From NCBI GenBank assembly GCA_963666345.1, contig OY762721.1:1088001-1152000 (forward strand): 64,000 nucleotides of DNA. The letters are read 5' to 3'. Source of the stretch: Desulfatiglandales bacterium. GTDB taxonomy: Bacteria; Desulfobacterota; DSM-4660; Desulfatiglandales; Desulfatiglandaceae. A program made the position numbers and the translations under genes. The notes beneath the pieces are model-generated. The model was not told where the DNA came from. It ran no database searches and was given only the letters and a program-made list of their open reading frames with translations. Positions 19,950 to 31,080 of the stretch are shown piece after piece (the stretch's first letter is position 1; each line of letters starts with the position of its first letter).

Positions 19950-21734
19950 TCAGAATGGATATGTTTCAAGTTCAATCACCCTGTCTGCGATATCTCTTTT
20001 AAGGCTCACCGTGTCTATCGGTTGGTAACGGGCAAGCTTTTTCACTCCCGCCAGCTGGGTGCGGAGCATATCTCCCTGCTCGACATAAGCTATGACCTGT
20101 TTCGCCCACATCTCAATTTTCGGAATAACATCATCCACATAGACCTTCACGGCTGCAATCTGATAAGAACTCCTCTCCTCCCCCTGCCCCTGTATGAGCT
20201 TAACGGTCCTTAAAAGCCCGCTTTCCATCGCAAATATCTCCAGTACCATATCCGCTATCTTTGCCAGCACCTCCTGCTCCTTTGCCAGGTCCTGCTGAAA
20301 TTTCTGGGCCGCGACCCCGGCAACCATAAGAGCCAGTTTTTTGCTCATCCTGAGCATATGTTCCTGAAGGGCAAGAGGTGTATCAGGGAGCTGGACGGAC
20401 ATTGGAGAATAACTCATGAGTTCCTTTGTTATGGACTGCGCGGCCGCGAGCAGATTGAGTCGACCCTGCATGGCCCTTCTCATCATGGTACCTGGTATAA
20501 GCATCCTGTTTATCTCGTTTGTACCTTCCCAGATGCGATTTATCCTGGCATCCCTGTAATACCTTTCTGCCGGATATTCCGAACAAAAGCCGTACCCCCC
20601 GAGAGTCTGGACATATTCATCCACGCACAGATCAAGGGTCTCGGAGCCGTACACCTTTGTTATGGAGCATTCGGGAGCGTACTCCTCGATCGCCTTTGCG
20701 TTTTCAGCCCCGCTCTTTTTGGCCTCCGCATCAAGGGTTCCCAGTTTGTCGTCAAACATACCCGCAAGCCTGTACATCATGCTTTCGCTCATGAAGGTGC
20801 GTACGGTCATATCGGCCAGTTTTGTCTTTATCATCCCGAAGGAGCTTATAGGAACCTTGAACTGGATACGCCCGTTTGCATACCTTACCGATCCTTCTAT
20901 GCATTTTTTGCATCCGCCCACGGTCATAGCACCCAGTTTCCATCTGCCGATATTTAGTATATTGAATGCTATCTTATGGCCTTTACCGATCTCAAACATA
21001 AGATTTTCAGCAGGCACCCTGGCATCTTCCAGGATCAGAGGCCTGGTAGAGGAGCCATGAACGCCCATCTTTTTTTCCTCGGCCCCGGTTGAAACACCGG
21101 GAAAATCTTTTTCCACGATAAATCCGGTGAAATGTTCACCGTCGACCTTTGCGTACAGGATAAAACTGCTGGCCCAGCCTGCGTTGGTTATGAACATCTT
21201 TTCACCGTTCAGGATATAATATTTTCCGTCTTCGGAAAGCACCGCCTTTGTCTTGGCGTTCAGGGCGTCGGTACCTGCACCCGATTCAGTGAGGCAGTAA
21301 GAACCGCACCACTCACCTGAGGCAAGCTTCGGTAGATATTTTTTCTTCTGCTCCTCATTTCCGAAATATACTATAGGAAGGGTCGCGATGCCCGTATGTG
21401 CCCCATGAACGACCGCAAAGGGGCCTGCACTGCCGATCGCCTCACCCACCACGGTGGTACTGACCTTGTCAAGACCCAGTCCTCCGTATTCTTCAGGCAC
21501 ATCCGTTCCCAAAAGACCCAGTTCACCCGCCTTGGCGACCAGGGCTAAGACCAGATCATGGTCTTTTTCCTCAAGTCTGTCGATATTGGGGTCCACCTCC
21601 TTTTCGACAAAATCCCTTGCAGTCTGATAGATCATTCTATGTTCTTCGGTAAAATCCTCGGGAGTGAAGATATCCTCCGGAGCCACATCGGTAATAAGGA
21701 ACTCGCCTCCTGCGAAAACTTTTCTGTCAGCCAT
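19950..21734 (-). CDS. Acyl-CoA dehydrogenase (long, FadE/VLCAD-like)
   Basis: GGEFL, YCLTESGAGTD, NGEKMFITN, EEKKMG..GSST, GGYG, RIWEGTNEI. Confidence 0.93.
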   Translation of the reverse strand: MADRKVFAGGEFLITDVAPEDIFTPEDFTEEHRMIYQTARDFVEKEVDPNIDRLEEKDHDLVLALVAKAGELGLLGTDVPEEYGGLGLDKVSTTVVGEAIGSAGPFAVVHGAHTGIATLPIVYFGNEEQKKKYLPKLASGEWCGSYCLTESGAGTDALNAKTKAVLSEDGKYYILNGEKMFITNAGWASSFILYAKVDGEHFTGFIVEKDFPGVSTGAEEKKMGVHGSSTRPLILEDARVPAENLMFEIGKGHKIAFNILNIGRWKLGAMTVGGCKKCIEGSVRYANGRIQFKVPISSFGMIKTKLADMTVRTFMSESMMYRLAGMFDDKLGTLDAEAKKSGAENAKAIEEYAPECSITKVYGSETLDLCVDEYVQTLGGYGFCSEYPAERYYRDARINRIWEGTNEINRMLIPGTMMRRAMQGRLNLLAAAQSITKELMSYSPMSVQLPDTPLALQEHMLRMSKKLALMVAGVAAQKFQQDLAKEQEVLAKIADMVLEIFAMESGLLRTVKLIQGQGEERSSYQIAAVKVYVDDVIPKIEMWAKQVIAYVEQGDMLRTQLAGVKKLARYQPIDTVSLKRDIADRVIELETYPF

Positions 21735-21771
21735 CTTTCCGCTCCTTTCCTGCGAATTTATACCTGTTGTG

Positions 21772-22956
21772 TTAGTAATTCTCAATCTCAAAGATGGCGG
21801 CAGCCCCCATTCCAAAGCCGATACACATGGAAACGAGTCCCCACCTGAGACCCCTGTCCTGCATCTCGTATATGAGTTGAGTGGTCAGCTTTGCCCCGGT
21901 ACAACCCAGGGGGTGCCCCAATGCAATGGCCCCGCCGTTTACATTGGTAATCTCCTCGTCTATTCCAAGTTCTCTGATGCAGTAAATGGCCTGGGCAGCG
22001 AACGCCTCGTTAAGTTCGATAAGCTCCATATCCTCAAGACGCATGCCTGCCAGCTTCAGCACCTTGGGTATGGCCACCCTGGGACCCACCCCCATGTACT
22101 CAGGTTCACACCCTTCGACAGCATGATACCTGAATGTGGCCATCGGCTTAAGACCCAGTTCTTTTGCCTTTTCCTTTGACATCAATACCACCCCTGCCGC
22201 GGCATCGCTTGTCTGCGAGGAATTCCCCGCCGTCACGCTCCCGTTCGGTTTAAACGCCGGCCTGATAACGGAGATGCTCTCCTTTGTGGTTCCCGGGCGC
22301 ACACCCTCGTCCGTATCAAAGACGACCTCTTCGAATTCGAATCTGCCGTTCGGAAGCTTTTTCTGCTTTTTCACCGTAAGAGGTACTATCTGGCTCTTGA
22401 ATCTTCCCGCCTTTATCGCGGCCTCGGCCCGCTGCTGGCTTTTAGCTCCGAACTCGTCCTGCTCATCTCTTCCTATGCCGAATCTTTCAGCCACGTTTTC
22501 AGCCGTAAGCCCCATTCCGCTGAAGGCACCCGGGCGCATATCCACAAGGGCGGGATTGGGATACATCATGCTTCCTCCCATAGGTATCTGACTCATGTTT
22601 TCCACACCACCCGCGACCACGATATCGGAAAAACCGCACATGATCTTCTCAGCCCCTATGGCTATCGACTGAAGTCCTGATGAGCAGAACCTGTTCACCG
22701 TCATTCCGGGGACACGATCGGGCCACCCCATGGACATTACCAGCACCCGGCCCAGGTTGAGCCCCTGGGTCGCCTCCGGAAAAGTGCACCCGATTATGAC
22801 ATCGTCGATCAGGCCGGGATCAAGATCACCTGCCCTTTTGATAAGATCCCCCAGTACCGCACAACCCATATGTTCCGGGCGGGTATCCTTTAGAATTCCA
22901 CGAGGCGCCTTTCCGACCGCCGTTCTGCAGGCAGCAACAACCACGGCTTCTCTCAT
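21772..22956 (-). CDS. fadA: Acetyl-CoA C-acyltransferase (thiolase)
   Basis: [27 protein letters not shown]. Confidence 0.93.
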   Translation of the reverse strand: MREAVVVAACRTAVGKAPRGILKDTRPEHMGCAVLGDLIKRAGDLDPGLIDDVIIGCTFPEATQGLNLGRVLVMSMGWPDRVPGMTVNRFCSSGLQSIAIGAEKIMCGFSDIVVAGGVENMSQIPMGGSMMYPNPALVDMRPGAFSGMGLTAENVAERFGIGRDEQDEFGAKSQQRAEAAIKAGRFKSQIVPLTVKKQKKLPNGRFEFEEVVFDTDEGVRPGTTKESISVIRPAFKPNGSVTAGNSSQTSDAAAGVVLMSKEKAKELGLKPMATFRYHAVEGCEPEYMGVGPRVAIPKVLKLAGMRLEDMELIELNEAFAAQAIYCIRELGIDEEITNVNGGAIALGHPLGCTGAKLTTQLIYEMQDRGLRWGLVSMCIGFGMGAAAIFEIENY

Positions 22957-23012
22957 GATATTTTCCTCCATAGATAGGTTATGATAAAAGCGACCTTTTC
23001 ACCGGATCGGGC

Positions 23013-25445
23013 CTAGTTTCTGAGGGGCTTGCCTGTGTTGAGCATATGCTGAATTCTGGCCTGGGTCATCGGATGCCCGCACAGACTCAAAAAAGCCTCC
23101 CTTTCAAGATCCAGCAGGTACTGCTCGCTTACCAGGGTATCTGCCAGGACATTTCCTCCGCAAAGCACATAGCCGACCTTTTCAGAAACGGTCACGTCAT
23201 GATCTGTAATGTACCCCGAGGTATGCATGGTCCAGAGCCCCAGCTTCATCATGGCAAAGTTGTTCTCCCCTGCCACTCGGATCTCCTTTTTAGGGCGGGG
23301 AGGGCTATAACCCTCCAGGTTCATGGCAAGGACCGTCTTTTTGGCATCCCCGATCAGATAATCCCGATTTACGGTCATCTTGTCGGCAGGCCTCAAATAA
23401 CCGAGCTTTATCGCCTCAGGCCCGGAGGTCGCCACCTTGGCCATGGCGATTGTCTCAAAGGCCCTGGCAATATATGGCATCAATTCGATCTGTTTGGGAT
23501 AAAGTCCGCCTCTCGGTACCTCGAAGAGATGTTCCGTATTTCTTATAAGCAGCTCTTTTGTTCCGCCTCCTGCAGGGATAAGACCTACACCGACCTCAAC
23601 CAGCCCCATATATGTCTCGGCCGCGAAACGGACCCTGTCCGAGGCGAGACATATTTCACAGCCTCCTCCCAGCGCCATTCCGGCCGGGGCCGCGACAACC
23701 GGCTTTTCAAGGTATTTTAGCTTCATAAACGAATCCTGGAAGGTCTTGATCATCCAGTCAAGATCATCCCATTCCTCTTCCTGAGCCGTAAAAAGTACCA
23801 GGGGAAGATTTGCACCCACTGAAAAATTTGTACCATGATTTGAGATTACCAGACCTTCGAAATCTCTTGCTACGATGTCCGCTGATTTGAGTACCATATT
23901 CACGATATCATCGCCTATGGCGTTCATCTTGGTATGGAATTCCAGGCAGGCCACCCCGTCATCAAGATCTATAAGAGACGCACCTGTATTCGAATCGATG
24001 ACCTTCTGCCTCTCTTTGAGAGAGGGAAGAAGAATGATCCCCGGAACGGGAGGGATCTCACGGTAATCCTTTGAGTCTTTGTCGTAAAAATAGAGTGCCC
24101 CTTTCTTTTTCATATAAAACGAGTCGTTTCCGCTCTCAAGCATCTGCTCGACCCATCCGGGGATCTCATAGCCCGCCTCTTTCATCCCGGCAACAGACTC
24201 ACCCACCCCGAGGGCATCCCAGATCTCAAAAGGACCTAACTTCCATGCAAACCCCCACTTCATGGCATTATCTATATTGACGATGTCGTCAGCGATTTCA
24301 GGGATACGGTTGGCCGAATAGATCATCATCTCGGATAACTGTCTGAAGGTGAAAAGTCCTGCCTCATCCTTGGCATAATAGAGGGCCTTGATCTTCGGCT
24401 CTGTCCCCGACATTGTCTTTGCCGACTCAAGCGAGGCGAATCTGGTTTTTTTCCGGTCACTATATTCAAGAGTATCACTATCTATAGACAGGATAACCCT
24501 GTTTCCCTCATCGTCCTTGCTCTTTTTATAGAATCCTTTTTTTGTCTTTTCCCCCAAAAGCCCCTTTGAGATCATCCGGGAAACAAAGTCAGGAACCTTG
24601 AACAGTTCCCTTTTTTCGTCGTCAACCGCCCCTTCATATACATTCTCAGCCACATGGACCAGGGTGTCCAGCCCCACCAGGTCAGAGGTCCTGAAAGATG
24701 CACTTTTCGGATGCCCTATTACGGGTCCGGTCAGTTTATCCACAGCCTCAACGGTAAGCCCCATCTCCTCCATCGCCCTCATGATGTAAAGGACATTGAA
24801 GACGCCTATACGGTTTGCCACGAAATTGGGGGTATCCTTTCCATAGACTATGCCTTTTCCAAGCACCCTCTCGCAGGTCCGTGCAAGCAACTCTATTACC
24901 TCCGGCAGTGCGTCCGGTCCCGGAACGATCTCCAGGAGTTTCATATATCTTGGGGGATTAAAAAAATGGGTGATTGCGAAATGTCTTCGAAAGGTCTCAG
25001 ACCTGCCCTCGCACATTGCAGCTGATGAAATACCGGAAGTGTTTGAACTGATGACGGTACCGGGGGTAAGCACGCCTTCTATCTTTTCAAAAACCTTTTT
25101 CTTTATATCAATCCTTTCCACCACCACTTCGATTATCCAGTCCACGCTGCTGAGCCGGTCCAGATTATCCTCCATATTGCCTATGGTGATCATATCGGAG
25201 TTTTCAGGCAGATAGAAGGAGGCTGGTTTTGATTTAAGCGCTGCCTTGAGGCCGTTGGCCGCCAGTCTGTCCCTGAACCTTTTGCTCTCATCTGTGATAC
25301 CCTTTTTTTGATCCTCTTCGGTAAGGGCAGGCGGGACAATATCAAGGAGAAACGTATCGATACCCACATTTGCCAGCTGAGCCGCAATTGTGGCGCCCAT
25401 AACCCCTGCGCCCACGACTCCGGCCCTCTTTATTATCTTCTCCAT
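23013..25445 (-). CDS. 3-hydroxyacyl-CoA dehydrogenase/enoyl-CoA hydratase (FadN-like)
   Basis: GAGVMG, SNTSG, HFFNPPRYM, DTPNFVANRIG; C-terminal crotonase ALGGGCE, GLVEVGVG. Confidence 0.93.
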   Translation of the reverse strand: MEKIIKRAGVVGAGVMGATIAAQLANVGIDTFLLDIVPPALTEEDQKKGITDESKRFRDRLAANGLKAALKSKPASFYLPENSDMITIGNMEDNLDRLSSVDWIIEVVVERIDIKKKVFEKIEGVLTPGTVISSNTSGISSAAMCEGRSETFRRHFAITHFFNPPRYMKLLEIVPGPDALPEVIELLARTCERVLGKGIVYGKDTPNFVANRIGVFNVLYIMRAMEEMGLTVEAVDKLTGPVIGHPKSASFRTSDLVGLDTLVHVAENVYEGAVDDEKRELFKVPDFVSRMISKGLLGEKTKKGFYKKSKDDEGNRVILSIDSDTLEYSDRKKTRFASLESAKTMSGTEPKIKALYYAKDEAGLFTFRQLSEMMIYSANRIPEIADDIVNIDNAMKWGFAWKLGPFEIWDALGVGESVAGMKEAGYEIPGWVEQMLESGNDSFYMKKKGALYFYDKDSKDYREIPPVPGIILLPSLKERQKVIDSNTGASLIDLDDGVACLEFHTKMNAIGDDIVNMVLKSADIVARDFEGLVISNHGTNFSVGANLPLVLFTAQEEEWDDLDWMIKTFQDSFMKLKYLEKPVVAAPAGMALGGGCEICLASDRVRFAAETYMGLVEVGVGLIPAGGGTKELLIRNTEHLFEVPRGGLYPKQIELMPYIARAFETIAMAKVATSGPEAIKLGYLRPADKMTVNRDYLIGDAKKTVLAMNLEGYSPPRPKKEIRVAGENNFAMMKLGLWTMHTSGYITDHDVTVSEKVGYVLCGGNVLADTLVSEQYLLDLEREAFLSLCGHPMTQARIQHMLNTGKPLRN

Positions 25446-25647
25446 TAACAAACCTCCTTCCTGTAATAATCTGTGTGGTCCAAGGCACATCTATTTCATT
25501 ATGGGAACCCTGCTCCTCTTATCCTGGCTGAATAATACCCCTGTCCGAACAGATCGCTATAAATACCTGATATTTCAGATGGCTAAAATCATTGAACTGC
25601 TTCGCTTCGCACCGCTCCTTTGGGTCGGGCAGGAAATTTTTCAAAAC

Positions 25648-25667
25648 ATGAATGACATTTCATTCAT
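25648..25667. promoter_or_regulatory. Putative TetR-type (Bacillus FadR-like) operator upstream of the beta-oxidation operon
   Basis: Perfect inverted repeat ATGAATGA-CATT-TCATTCAT. Confidence 0.7.
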
Positions 25668-26190
25668 TTTTTTTGAACTTAAAGCTCCGAAACGCCGATC
25701 TGATTCGGTTCTTTTAAATGGAGATAAAGGGAACAATTTTCCACCCGGAACTCTTACCCGGATGACAAGGCCTGCGTGAAGTCATCAACAACCGCTCAAA
25801 AGTCTTCCTAAACCACCGGTCTGACAGCCTTCAGTTGAAAACCGAGAAACTCCACAGATTTTTTTTGAATCAGCAGGAAAAGCACCTTTAAGATTCCAGT
25901 TTCAGCATTCGCAGCATTCTGGATATATAATTACGGTTGGAAAGGTCGGATGAATTAACTGAAATCCACATATAACTTGTTGAATTGAAGGATACCTCAT
26001 GTTGAGTTTGTTTTCAATCCATATTTTTATTTGCAATGAAATATTTTACTAAACGGCCCTTAAAACTGAATATCATAAAGCATTAATGATATATCATTAA
26101 CATTTATTCAAACATGGAAACCCTGCTCCTCTGAGCCAGGTCAGAACGAGATGGCGCTGGCTGAAGAAATCGAAGATATCAGGATGCAGC

Positions 26191-26257
26191 TTCAGCCATC
26201 AGCATTCAGCTTAATGACCTGTTTCTTCATCTCTTTTGCTTACAGCCGATAGCCGAG
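26191..26257. repeat. Intergenic repeat family B, copy 2
   Basis: Aligns by eye with 10692-10759. Confidence 0.7.
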
Positions 26258-26421
26258 CGACCACGGCGCGAATCAGGTAACGGGAGAAAAGCCCCTGCTG
26301 CCGAAGGCCCGGCTAAAAAGGGTGAAAGGCCACGATTACCACCAATCCTGTTCACCGGTTTAATCGGATTGATTAATCAGCAAAAAACGACGGCCTATCA
26401 ACATATTTCAGATGAGGTCTT

Positions 26422-26766
26422 TCAAAGTCTTTCTGTTTCCACCGGTACCGGAGCTGACACGCCGATAAACACGAAGCGATCATTTCCGATGTTTCGCATA
26501 CCATGGACCTGCCCCGCACCTGCAAGCACCGCCATCCCTTTTTTGATAGTATAATGCACCCCGTCACCGGCAAAATAGGTCCCTGATTCACCTTCGATAC
26601 AAATCCATACATCATCAGCGTTTGGATGCTGGTGAAGAAACACCTCCTGCCCAGGTTCAAGGCACCACATGGCCGCGGATGTCTTTTCCGTCTCGTAGAC
26701 CTTTATCTTTTGCGGCTCATTGCCGAATTCGGCCGTTTCAAAGAGATCAAACAAACGTTCTTCCAT
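26422..26766 (-). CDS. Cupin domain protein
   Basis: PGQEVFLHQHP..D.W.C.EG and GQVHGMRN. Confidence 0.85.
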   Translation of the reverse strand: MEERLFDLFETAEFGNEPQKIKVYETEKTSAAMWCLEPGQEVFLHQHPNADDVWICIEGESGTYFAGDGVHYTIKKGMAVLAGAGQVHGMRNIGNDRFVFIGVSAPVPVETERL

Positions 26767-26780
26767 TATTACCTCCAGAT

Positions 26781-27012
26781 ATTGATGTATTCGTAGAAAG
26801 TCAACCCGGGCCGCATGCTAGAAGCTCTCCCGCCGAGACGGGACAATGCCTGTTCTTCCGGCAATCCGCCCCCCAGAATTCCGAAGGGTGGGACTGAGCG
26901 TAGCGAAGAAAATCAAGGAATTATGCTAAGACGTACCGCAGTACGCCTTCTCAAGTCATCCCGCAGATAGATGCCGGGATTGCGAAAACATTTATTTCCA
27001 AATGGAAACTAG
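26781..27012. repeat. Degenerate MITE-like element, family C
   Basis: Starts ATTGATG..TCGTAGAAAGTC like 36097; shares the CTTCCGG.AA.CCGCCCC..GGGTGGGACTGAGC core with 36163-36206. Confidence 0.5.
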
Positions 27013-27806
27013 CTATTTTCATCCCCATCCAGGGTGAACCTCCAGGAGCAGTACCACTCTTCAGGATGATGATCGGGAGGACAGCCTATGCATTCGGTCT
27101 TTATTCTGGGATCAATTGCAGTGGCAAAATATGGATATTCCACCACTCCAACCGACTTACAGGGATAATCCTCAAGCCCCTTCCTCTTTCTTGCTGTCTG
27201 GACCCTGCATTCATTCATTCGAAACACAAAGCTGTTGGGGCCCTCATCTGTTATGGACTGTTTATTTATCGAGGCATACATCCTGAAATTGAGGGCCCTT
27301 TTAAGCCCCTTAAGTCCCGCCTTTTCAGGAAGACCGAGGAATCTCCTGATTGACCATGCCTCAAAAGGAGAATACCTCACCCAGCATGAATCATTGCATC
27401 TTTTGGCATCAAACATGCCTCTGGCAAATTCCACTGACTGGAACCAGACACCGTCATTTGCGAGCCAGTTCTTTGCCACATCGCCCATGAGGTCTTTCAG
27501 TGCCTCTTTGGTCATGTTTAAAAGGGGTTCAGGCACTCCCTCCTTCATCTCAAATCCAAGCGCCTTTCCGAGCCTTTTCATCTGGATATCATAGCTTTTC
27601 CCGCTCGCCACCTCCATGATTTCAAGTGCCTTTTTCATGCCCATCTGGTGTTCGACCTCAAGAAACCACAGCCCGTGATGAACCGCGATCCTGTGAAACA
27701 TATCCACTATGAAGCGCGCCATTTGTTCCCGGCTCAGGTCCTCTGTTCGGCAAATTGATTCTTCCATTCCAGTATCTGAATTCCCCCTTCCTGTTTCGAT
27801 TTTCAT
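27009..27806 (-). CDS. DUF6125-like hypothetical protein
   Basis: Internally repeated HHGLWF/NDGVWF segments; CRVQ.AR..KGL..YPC, C..CPPD.HP..W.C.W.F. Confidence 0.7.
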   Translation of the reverse strand: MKIETGRGNSDTGMEESICRTEDLSREQMARFIVDMFHRIAVHHGLWFLEVEHQMGMKKALEIMEVASGKSYDIQMKRLGKALGFEMKEGVPEPLLNMTKEALKDLMGDVAKNWLANDGVWFQSVEFARGMFDAKRCNDSCWVRYSPFEAWSIRRFLGLPEKAGLKGLKRALNFRMYASINKQSITDEGPNSFVFRMNECRVQTARKRKGLEDYPCKSVGVVEYPYFATAIDPRIKTECIGCPPDHHPEEWYCSWRFTLDGDENS

Positions 27807-28555
27807 TCGTCCGCTTTACTGCCTTTTTTTACATGATCGGCATACCAGTTTATCTGGCGGCATATGCCCCTTATTACCCTTACCTCCCTTGCCCTCAGCT
27901 GCATCCTGGAAAGAAACCTTCTGATGCTGAGCATCCAGTGTTCAGGATTCTGCGGGTTCAAAAAGCCTATCTTCATCAAGACCTCTTTGAGGTGATCATA
28001 CATCCCCTCCAGCTCAAACCGATTCGCCAGACGCGGCACTGAATCCACGGGTGATTCCTGTTTGGCCAGAAATATCTCGTATGACACTATCATTACGGCC
28101 TGCGCAAGGTTGAGGGATGAAAACTCGGCTGTGGGCACATTGAGTATGGTGTCACAGAACTTAAGATGCTCGTTGGAAAGGCCTCTGTCCTCCGGTCCGA
28201 AGATTACGCATACCTTATTTTGCTGAGAGATGGAGACGAGCCTTTCCGCGATTCTGCGGGGCTGGGTCATGGCAGGGCGCCCAGACCCGATACGTGCTGT
28301 CGTGCCTATGGTATATTGAAATGGACGAAGGGCCTCTCTGAGATCTTCCGACACGGACATCTGTTCGATGATGTCGACCGAGGAGCCGGTAGCCGTCTTC
28401 AGCACCCTGCTTAAATCGCAATTCTTAGGCTCAACAAGCATCAGCCGGCTCAGCCCCATATTGTGCATTGCACGGGCCGCCGATCCGATGTTCTCCGGGA
28501 TCTGAGGCCGGACAAGTATTATACCCACATTTTCAAGATTGACCCTGGTTCTCAT
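27803..28555 (-). CDS. TrmJ-family SPOUT RNA methyltransferase
   Basis: PENIGSAARAM.NMG, FGPEDRGLSN, SLNLAQAV. Confidence 0.9.
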   Translation of the reverse strand: MRTRVNLENVGIILVRPQIPENIGSAARAMHNMGLSRLMLVEPKNCDLSRVLKTATGSSVDIIEQMSVSEDLREALRPFQYTIGTTARIGSGRPAMTQPRRIAERLVSISQQNKVCVIFGPEDRGLSNEHLKFCDTILNVPTAEFSSLNLAQAVMIVSYEIFLAKQESPVDSVPRLANRFELEGMYDHLKEVLMKIGFLNPQNPEHWMLSIRRFLSRMQLRAREVRVIRGICRQINWYADHVKKGSKADE

Positions 28556-28769
28556 CCTTCAATATCTTAAGAATCTCCGCCATTAGTTCTTCGCTGTCAA
28601 AGGAAAAGGCAACCGTACCGCAATGGACCTCAAAAAAAATCAGATCACAGTCATGGTCCCCTGCGACTTCCTCCAAAAGCATCCTGAAGGTTACTGCCTC
28701 CGGGTGTTCAGGGCCGTCCACATCGGCTGGAAACAGATCGACCTCTATGAATCCTGAAGGCTCTTCCAT
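28533..28769 (-). CDS. Small hypothetical protein
   Basis: 78-aa acidic ORF filling the panB-trmJ gap in the same direction. Confidence 0.65.
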   Translation of the reverse strand: MEEPSGFIEVDLFPADVDGPEHPEAVTFRMLLEEVAGDHDCDLIFFEVHCGTVAFSFDSEELMAEILKILKDENQGQS

Positions 28770-28812
28770 TTCTCATGCACCCTGGTTTTTTCTACCTTTA
28801 ACGCCTGAAGGA

Positions 28813-29643
28813 TCAGAGATCATCCGCCTCCTCCTGTTTCATCTTGAAGGTATGCTCCGGCCCCGGAAAGGCCCCGCTTTCAACCTCTTCTCTATATTGG
28901 ACAAGGGCATCTTTTATAAGGGGGGCAAGATTCATATACTGTTTCACAAACCGCGGCGTAAATCTTTCAAAGAGCCCGACAAGGTCATGATACACCAGCA
29001 CCTGCCCGTCACAGCCTTTTCCCGCACCGATGCCTATTGTCGGAATGGAAAGGGTTGAGGTTATCTTCTCCGCCACCAGATCAGGGATACATTCCATTAC
29101 GATCATGAACGCCCCGGCCTTTTCCAGATCCCTTGCGGAATCGATAAGTTCCTTTGCGCTCTCCGCGTCTTTTCCCTGCACCTTGAAGCCGCTCAGTTTG
29201 GTGGCGGTCTGGGGTGTCAGCCCGATATGGGCGCAGACAGGGATACCTGCACTGACTATCGCCTTAACGACCGGGGCCATTTCACTTCCCCCCTCCAGTT
29301 TGACGCAATCGCACCCCGCCTCCTTTATAAAGCGACCCGCGTTTTCAACCGCCTTTGAAATGCTTACCTGATAAGACATAAAAGGCATGTCTCCGATTAC
29401 AAAGGCCCTCTTTGCCCCCCTGCATACCGCTTTGCAGTGGTGCAGCATCTCTTCCATCGTAACAGGCACCGTGGAATCATAACCGAGAACGACCATAGCC
29501 AAAGAATCACCTACCAGGATAGTATCCATGCCTGACTGGTCCACGATGTTTGCAGTGGGATAATCATAAGCGGTCATCATGGTAATCTTCTTTGCCTGAG
29601 CCTTTTTCTCGTGCAGTTCCGATATGGTAACCTTTTTCTCCAT
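28813..29643 (-). CDS. panB: 3-methyl-2-oxobutanoate hydroxymethyltransferase
   Basis: TAYD, LVGDSL, DMPFMSY, KLEGG, HIGLTPQ, IGIGAG..DGQVLV. Confidence 0.97.
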   Translation of the reverse strand: MEKKVTISELHEKKAQAKKITMMTAYDYPTANIVDQSGMDTILVGDSLAMVVLGYDSTVPVTMEEMLHHCKAVCRGAKRAFVIGDMPFMSYQVSISKAVENAGRFIKEAGCDCVKLEGGSEMAPVVKAIVSAGIPVCAHIGLTPQTATKLSGFKVQGKDAESAKELIDSARDLEKAGAFMIVMECIPDLVAEKITSTLSIPTIGIGAGKGCDGQVLVYHDLVGLFERFTPRFVKQYMNLAPLIKDALVQYREEVESGAFPGPEHTFKMKQEEADDL

Positions 29644-29979
29644 AATTTCCTCCTAACTAAAAGGCTGATAATCTCCATATATTTCAGCTAAAAGAATTAT
29701 TCCAATGCCATGCGCGTTGTCAACCAGAATAAATATGAGCGATGCCCATCAAGCCAAGTCCTTTTACTGATTCGCCCTTTCAGAAGCCCGCCGCGGTAAA
29801 TGAAAACAATAATGCCTCTACGCTGCGGCAGAAGATCCATTTTCTGGTTGAATAGCACCCTTTTCTGTGTATAATAATTGACAAATTCGGCCTACCGCCG
29901 CTACCGTACGACACCAGGACATCCTAACCGACAGGGATGCGGCATTTCTCCTATTACCTAAAGCCTCTGGGAGGTATAA

Positions 29980-31062
29980 ATGGCACAGATAGATGCTTTT
30001 TTCAAACTCATGAATGAACAGGGCGCCTCGGATCTTCATCTTGTAGCCGGGCAGCAGCCGGTCCTTAGGATACGCGGAGAGATGGAGAGGGTCAAATACA
30101 AGGAGCTTGAGACCGACGATTTAAGATCAATGCTCTATGAGATCGCGCCCGAGGAAAAGGTCAAGGTCTTTGAAGAAACGGGCGACGTGGATTTCGCCTA
30201 TGAGATACCTGGTCTTGCAAGATATCGCGCCAATTTTTTCATGCAGAAAAACGGCGTGGGTGCCGTATTTAGAGAAATCCCGTCAGAAATACTCACATGC
30301 GAGCAGCTGGGGCTTCCTTCCGTGATAAGAAGGCTTGCGACTCTTCCAAGAGGTCTGGTCCTGGTTACAGGGCCTACCGGAAGCGGAAAGTCAACCACGC
30401 TTGCCGCCATAATCGACGAGGCGAACAAGGTCAGGAAGGATCATATAATCACCATAGAAGACCCTATCGAATTCGTGCACAAAAGCGACAAGGCGGTAAT
30501 AAATCACAGGGAGGTGGGCCTTCACACAAAGACATTCTCGGCCGCTCTCAGGGGGGCGCTCAGGGAGGACCCCGACATAATACTGGTGGGAGAGATGAGG
30601 GATCTTGAGACCATCTCACTGGCAATAGAGGCATCCTCGACAGGCCACCTCGTATTCGGAACTCTCCATACCACAAGTGCCGCCAAGACGGTTGACAGGA
30701 CGATAGAGGTGTTTCCCACCAACCAGCAGGAACAGATCAGAAACACGCTTGCAGACGGCATAAGGGCGGTGGTGGCGCAGAATCTTTTCAAAAGAGTGGA
30801 CAGAAGAGGAAGGGTCGCAGCACTCGAGATCATGATAGCCACGCCGGCGGTAAGGAATCTTATCCGTGAAGGAAAGACCTTCCAGATCCCTTCCATGATA
30901 CAGACAGGGAAAAAATACGGGATGCAGACACTTGATGACGCCATAATGGGTCTTCTTCAAAAAAAGATCATCAGTCCTGATGAAGCTTATGCCAAGGCGG
31001 TTGAAAAAGCCAAATTCGTGGGCTTTCTCAAAAACCCGCCCGCGGATTTTACCGAAGCATAA
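29980..31062 (+). CDS. pilT: Type IV pilus retraction ATPase
   Basis: GPTGSGKST, TIEDPIE, ALREDPD, GEMRD, GHLVFGTLH, AVRNLIRE. Confidence 0.95.
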   Translation: MAQIDAFFKLMNEQGASDLHLVAGQQPVLRIRGEMERVKYKELETDDLRSMLYEIAPEEKVKVFEETGDVDFAYEIPGLARYRANFFMQKNGVGAVFREIPSEILTCEQLGLPSVIRRLATLPRGLVLVTGPTGSGKSTTLAAIIDEANKVRKDHIITIEDPIEFVHKSDKAVINHREVGLHTKTFSAALRGALREDPDIILVGEMRDLETISLAIEASSTGHLVFGTLHTTSAAKTVDRTIEVFPTNQQEQIRNTLADGIRAVVAQNLFKRVDRRGRVAALEIMIATPAVRNLIREGKTFQIPSMIQTGKKYGMQTLDDAIMGLLQKKIISPDEAYAKAVEKAKFVGFLKNPPADFTEA

Positions 31063-31080
31063 ACAAGTGGAGAACATGAG

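Noticed and set aside
25700..26190. Small gene or remnant upstream of the beta-oxidation operon
   Set aside because: Only very short ORFs without motifs.
29700..29979. c-di-GMP riboswitch upstream of pilT
   Set aside because: No GEMM-type consensus found.
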